Of a stretch of DNA of 36,966 nucleotides, positions 34,887 to 36,966 are shown one piece after another (within the stretch, counting starts at the first letter, position 1; the number at the start of each line of letters is the position of its first letter). Origin of the DNA: Mageeibacillus sp. UBA1255 (GTDB lineage Bacteria; Bacillota; Clostridia; UBA1212; UBA1255). The notes beneath the pieces were generated by a model. That model was not told the origin of the DNA and searched no databases. It worked only from the letters and a program-made list of their open reading frames with translations. Location: the NCBI GenBank assembly GCA_002308795.1, contig DBVV01000008.1, positions 25,540 to 62,505 of the forward strand, read 5' to 3'. A program made the position numbers and the translations under genes.

Positions 34887-36872
34887 TTGCATAAAATTGG
34901 AGTATTTGTCTGCTGGTGCGGCAGCAATATCGCGGCAACTGTCGATATCGACAGAGTAGTGGCTGAGGCGAAAGTACAGCCCGGCGTGGTATTTGCCAAA
35001 GACTACCAGTATATGTGCTCGGAAGCGGGCCAGAATATAATAAAAGACGCCATAAAAGAACACGGACTCACGGGTATCGTCGTATGCTCCTGCTCGCCCA
35101 GGATGCACGAAGCGACTTTCAGAAAAGCCGCGTCACAGGCGGGATTGAACCCGTTCATGGTCGAGATCGCCAACATCCGCGAACATTGCTCGTGGATCCA
35201 CAAAGATAAAGAAGAAGGCACTGAGAAAGCGTGCGTGCTTATGCGCGCGGCCGTGGCGAAAGTAACGCTCAATACGCCTCTTAAAGCGGGAGAGAGCAAG
35301 GTCGTAAAACGCGCGCTCGTTATCGGCGGAGGGATCGCCGGAATACAGACCGCGCTCGATATTGCCGACGCGGGATTCCCGGTAGACATCGTCGAAAAGA
35401 ACGCCACCATCGGCGGGCGCATGGCCCAGCTGGATAAAACGTTCCCGACGCTCGACTGCTCATCCTGTATATTGACCCCGAAAATGGTCGAAGCAAAATC
35501 GAACGAGAACATCCGCCTGATCACTTACGCCGAAGTGGAAGAAGTCAGCGGATTCGTAGGCAGTTTCAAAGCAAAAATTTGCAAAAAAGCGCGCTACGTT
35601 AAGGAAGACGTATGCACTGGCTGCGGCGTATGCATGTCGAAATGCCCGTCCAAGAAGGGCCTTAATGAATTTAATATGGGGCTGAACAACCGCCCCGCGA
35701 TATACATTCCGTTCGCGCAGGCGATACCGAACGTAGCGGTGATCGACAGCACGCAGTGCATCAAACTGAACACCGGAAAGTGCGGTCTCTGCGAAAAAGT
35801 CTGCACAGCGAAAGCGATCGACTACACGCAGCAGGATGAATTCATCGAAGAAGAATACGGCGCGATCGTAATGGCGACGGGATTCAGACCGATCGACGCA
35901 TCCAAATTCGACGAATATTCGTACTCGATCTGCAAGGATGTTGTGACGTCGCTTGAACTCGAGCGCATCATGAACGCGGCGGGACCCACGGGAGGCGTGC
36001 TTTTAAGACCTTCAGACGGAAAACATCCGCACTCGATAGTATTCATCCAGTGCGTAGGTTCCAGAGACGTATCCGGCCGCGGCAAACCGTACTGCTCCAA
36101 GATCTGCTGCATGTACACAGCAAAGCACGCGATGCTGATCAGGGACAAATACCCTGACGTTGAGGTTCACGTGTTCTACATCGACGTACGTACGCCCGGT
36201 AAGAATTTCGACGAATTCTACAGACGCGCCGCCGAACAGTACGACGTTGACTACATCAAAGGCCAGGTCGGAAAAGTATGGGAAGAAGACGGACACCTTG
36301 TCGTAAGAGGCGTTGACCTCATCGCAAACGAACAGATCATACTCAACACCGATATGGTCGTGCTGGCGACAGCGATCGAGCCCGATCCCACGGCGCGCAA
36401 GGTGGCCAACATGCTCACCGCGAGCATTGACACGAACGACTTCATCACCGAAGCGCACCCGAAGCTGAGACCGGTCGAGAGCCCCACGGCAGGCATATTC
36501 CTGTCGGGCGTGTGCCAGGGACCGAAAGACATACCCGAGACCGTATCTCAGGCAGGCGCCGCGGCGTCGAAGGTCATCGGCCTTCTGTGCAAGGATAAAC
36601 TCACCACCAACCCGTGCGTGGCGCATTCCGACGAACTTCTGTGCAACGGCTGCTCCTGCTGCGAAAAAGTCTGCCCGTACGGCGCTATTTCGTACGATAC
36701 GCATCTCATCAACGACCACGGCGTGAAAGAAACGCGGCGCGTGGCGCTGGTCAATGAAGCGCTCTGCCAGGGCTGCGGCGCGTGCACCGTCGTTTGTCCG
36801 TCGGGGGCAATGGACCTTAAGGGCTTTTCTAACAAACAGATCATGGCGGAGGTGGAAGCGATATGTCTGTAA
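34887..36872 (+). CDS. hdrA: Heterodisulfide reductase subunit A (FAD, Fe-S)
   Basis: IGVFVCWCG.NI, CSCSPRMHE, GGGIAG, DKTFPTLDCSSC, QCVGSRD, CSKICC, QGPKDIP and ferredoxin motifs; TTG start. Confidence 0.96.
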   Translation: MHKIGVFVCWCGSNIAATVDIDRVVAEAKVQPGVVFAKDYQYMCSEAGQNIIKDAIKEHGLTGIVVCSCSPRMHEATFRKAASQAGLNPFMVEIANIREHCSWIHKDKEEGTEKACVLMRAAVAKVTLNTPLKAGESKVVKRALVIGGGIAGIQTALDIADAGFPVDIVEKNATIGGRMAQLDKTFPTLDCSSCILTPKMVEAKSNENIRLITYAEVEEVSGFVGSFKAKICKKARYVKEDVCTGCGVCMSKCPSKKGLNEFNMGLNNRPAIYIPFAQAIPNVAVIDSTQCIKLNTGKCGLCEKVCTAKAIDYTQQDEFIEEEYGAIVMATGFRPIDASKFDEYSYSICKDVVTSLELERIMNAAGPTGGVLLRPSDGKHPHSIVFIQCVGSRDVSGRGKPYCSKICCMYTAKHAMLIRDKYPDVEVHVFYIDVRTPGKNFDEFYRRAAEQYDVDYIKGQVGKVWEEDGHLVVRGVDLIANEQIILNTDMVVLATAIEPDPTARKVANMLTASIDTNDFITEAHPKLRPVESPTAGIFLSGVCQGPKDIPETVSQAGAAASKVIGLLCKDKLTTNPCVAHSDELLCNGCSCCEKVCPYGAISYDTHLINDHGVKETRRVALVNEALCQGCGACTVVCPSGAMDLKGFSNKQIMAEVEAICL

Positions 36873-36966
36873 ACGATACTGTTGATACGGCCGTCAATGC
36901 CAAAGCAAAAGATTGGAAGCCAAAGATCGTGGCTTTCTGCTGCAACTGGTGCAGCTACGCCGGCGC
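36863..36966 (+). CDS. mvhD: MvhD/FlpD [2Fe-2S] subunit, 5' part (truncated by the window)
   Basis: Manual translation MSVNDTVDTAVNAKAKDWKPKIVAFCCNWCSYAG; RBS GGAGG; overlaps the hdrA stop. Confidence 0.88.
   Translation, partial: MSVNDTVDTAVNAKAKDWKPKIVAFCCNWCSYAG

Noticed and set aside
451-36844. Numerous minus-strand ORFs (e.g. 451..1311, 1529..2491, 13476..14333, 32521..33438)
   Set aside because: They are antisense shadows of well-supported plus-strand genes, with no motifs or RBS.
34887-36966. Selenocysteine recoding in hdrA or mvhD, or methanogen origin
   Set aside because: No in-frame TGA in the visible parts (Cys at the relevant motifs), and the context (T-box, sigma-A promoters, lipoproteins) is bacterial.

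Overview
Chromosomal window from a Clostridia-like anaerobe (~50% GC by eye, sigma-A promoters, T-box); all credible genes are on the + strand. In order: the 3' remnant of an HNH endonuclease cut off by a structured inverted-repeat element; T-box(Phe)-pheS-pheT; an inverted heptamer-repeat element; a hypothetical protein, a GH99/71-like lipoprotein and a membrane protein; an oppABCDF peptide ABC operon with enlarged OppA/OppC; a repeat-bearing lipoprotein; an accessory surface-fibre locus (18086-27012); a MacB-like ABC fusion; a five-domain beta-barrel lipoprotein; an LDH/MDH-family dehydrogenase; and hdrB-hdrC-hdrA-mvhD (truncated). The most interesting part is the fibre locus. It encodes an atypical Ser/Thr kinase fused to a degenerate ParA-like domain, a thioester (TED)+CnaB adhesin with no cell-wall anchor, a SipW peptidase, and four SipW-type TasA-like subunits, one of which carries an internal VPQTG sorting signal. 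The adhesin's C-terminus (TDTAFCENRFGGG) matches the predicted mature N-terminal strand of the subunits (TD-x5-N-x-hydrophobic-x2-G). This suggests a hybrid fibre: sortase-anchored base, donor-strand-assembled shaft and covalent thioester tip. The motifs are read from the sequence; the assembly model is inference.
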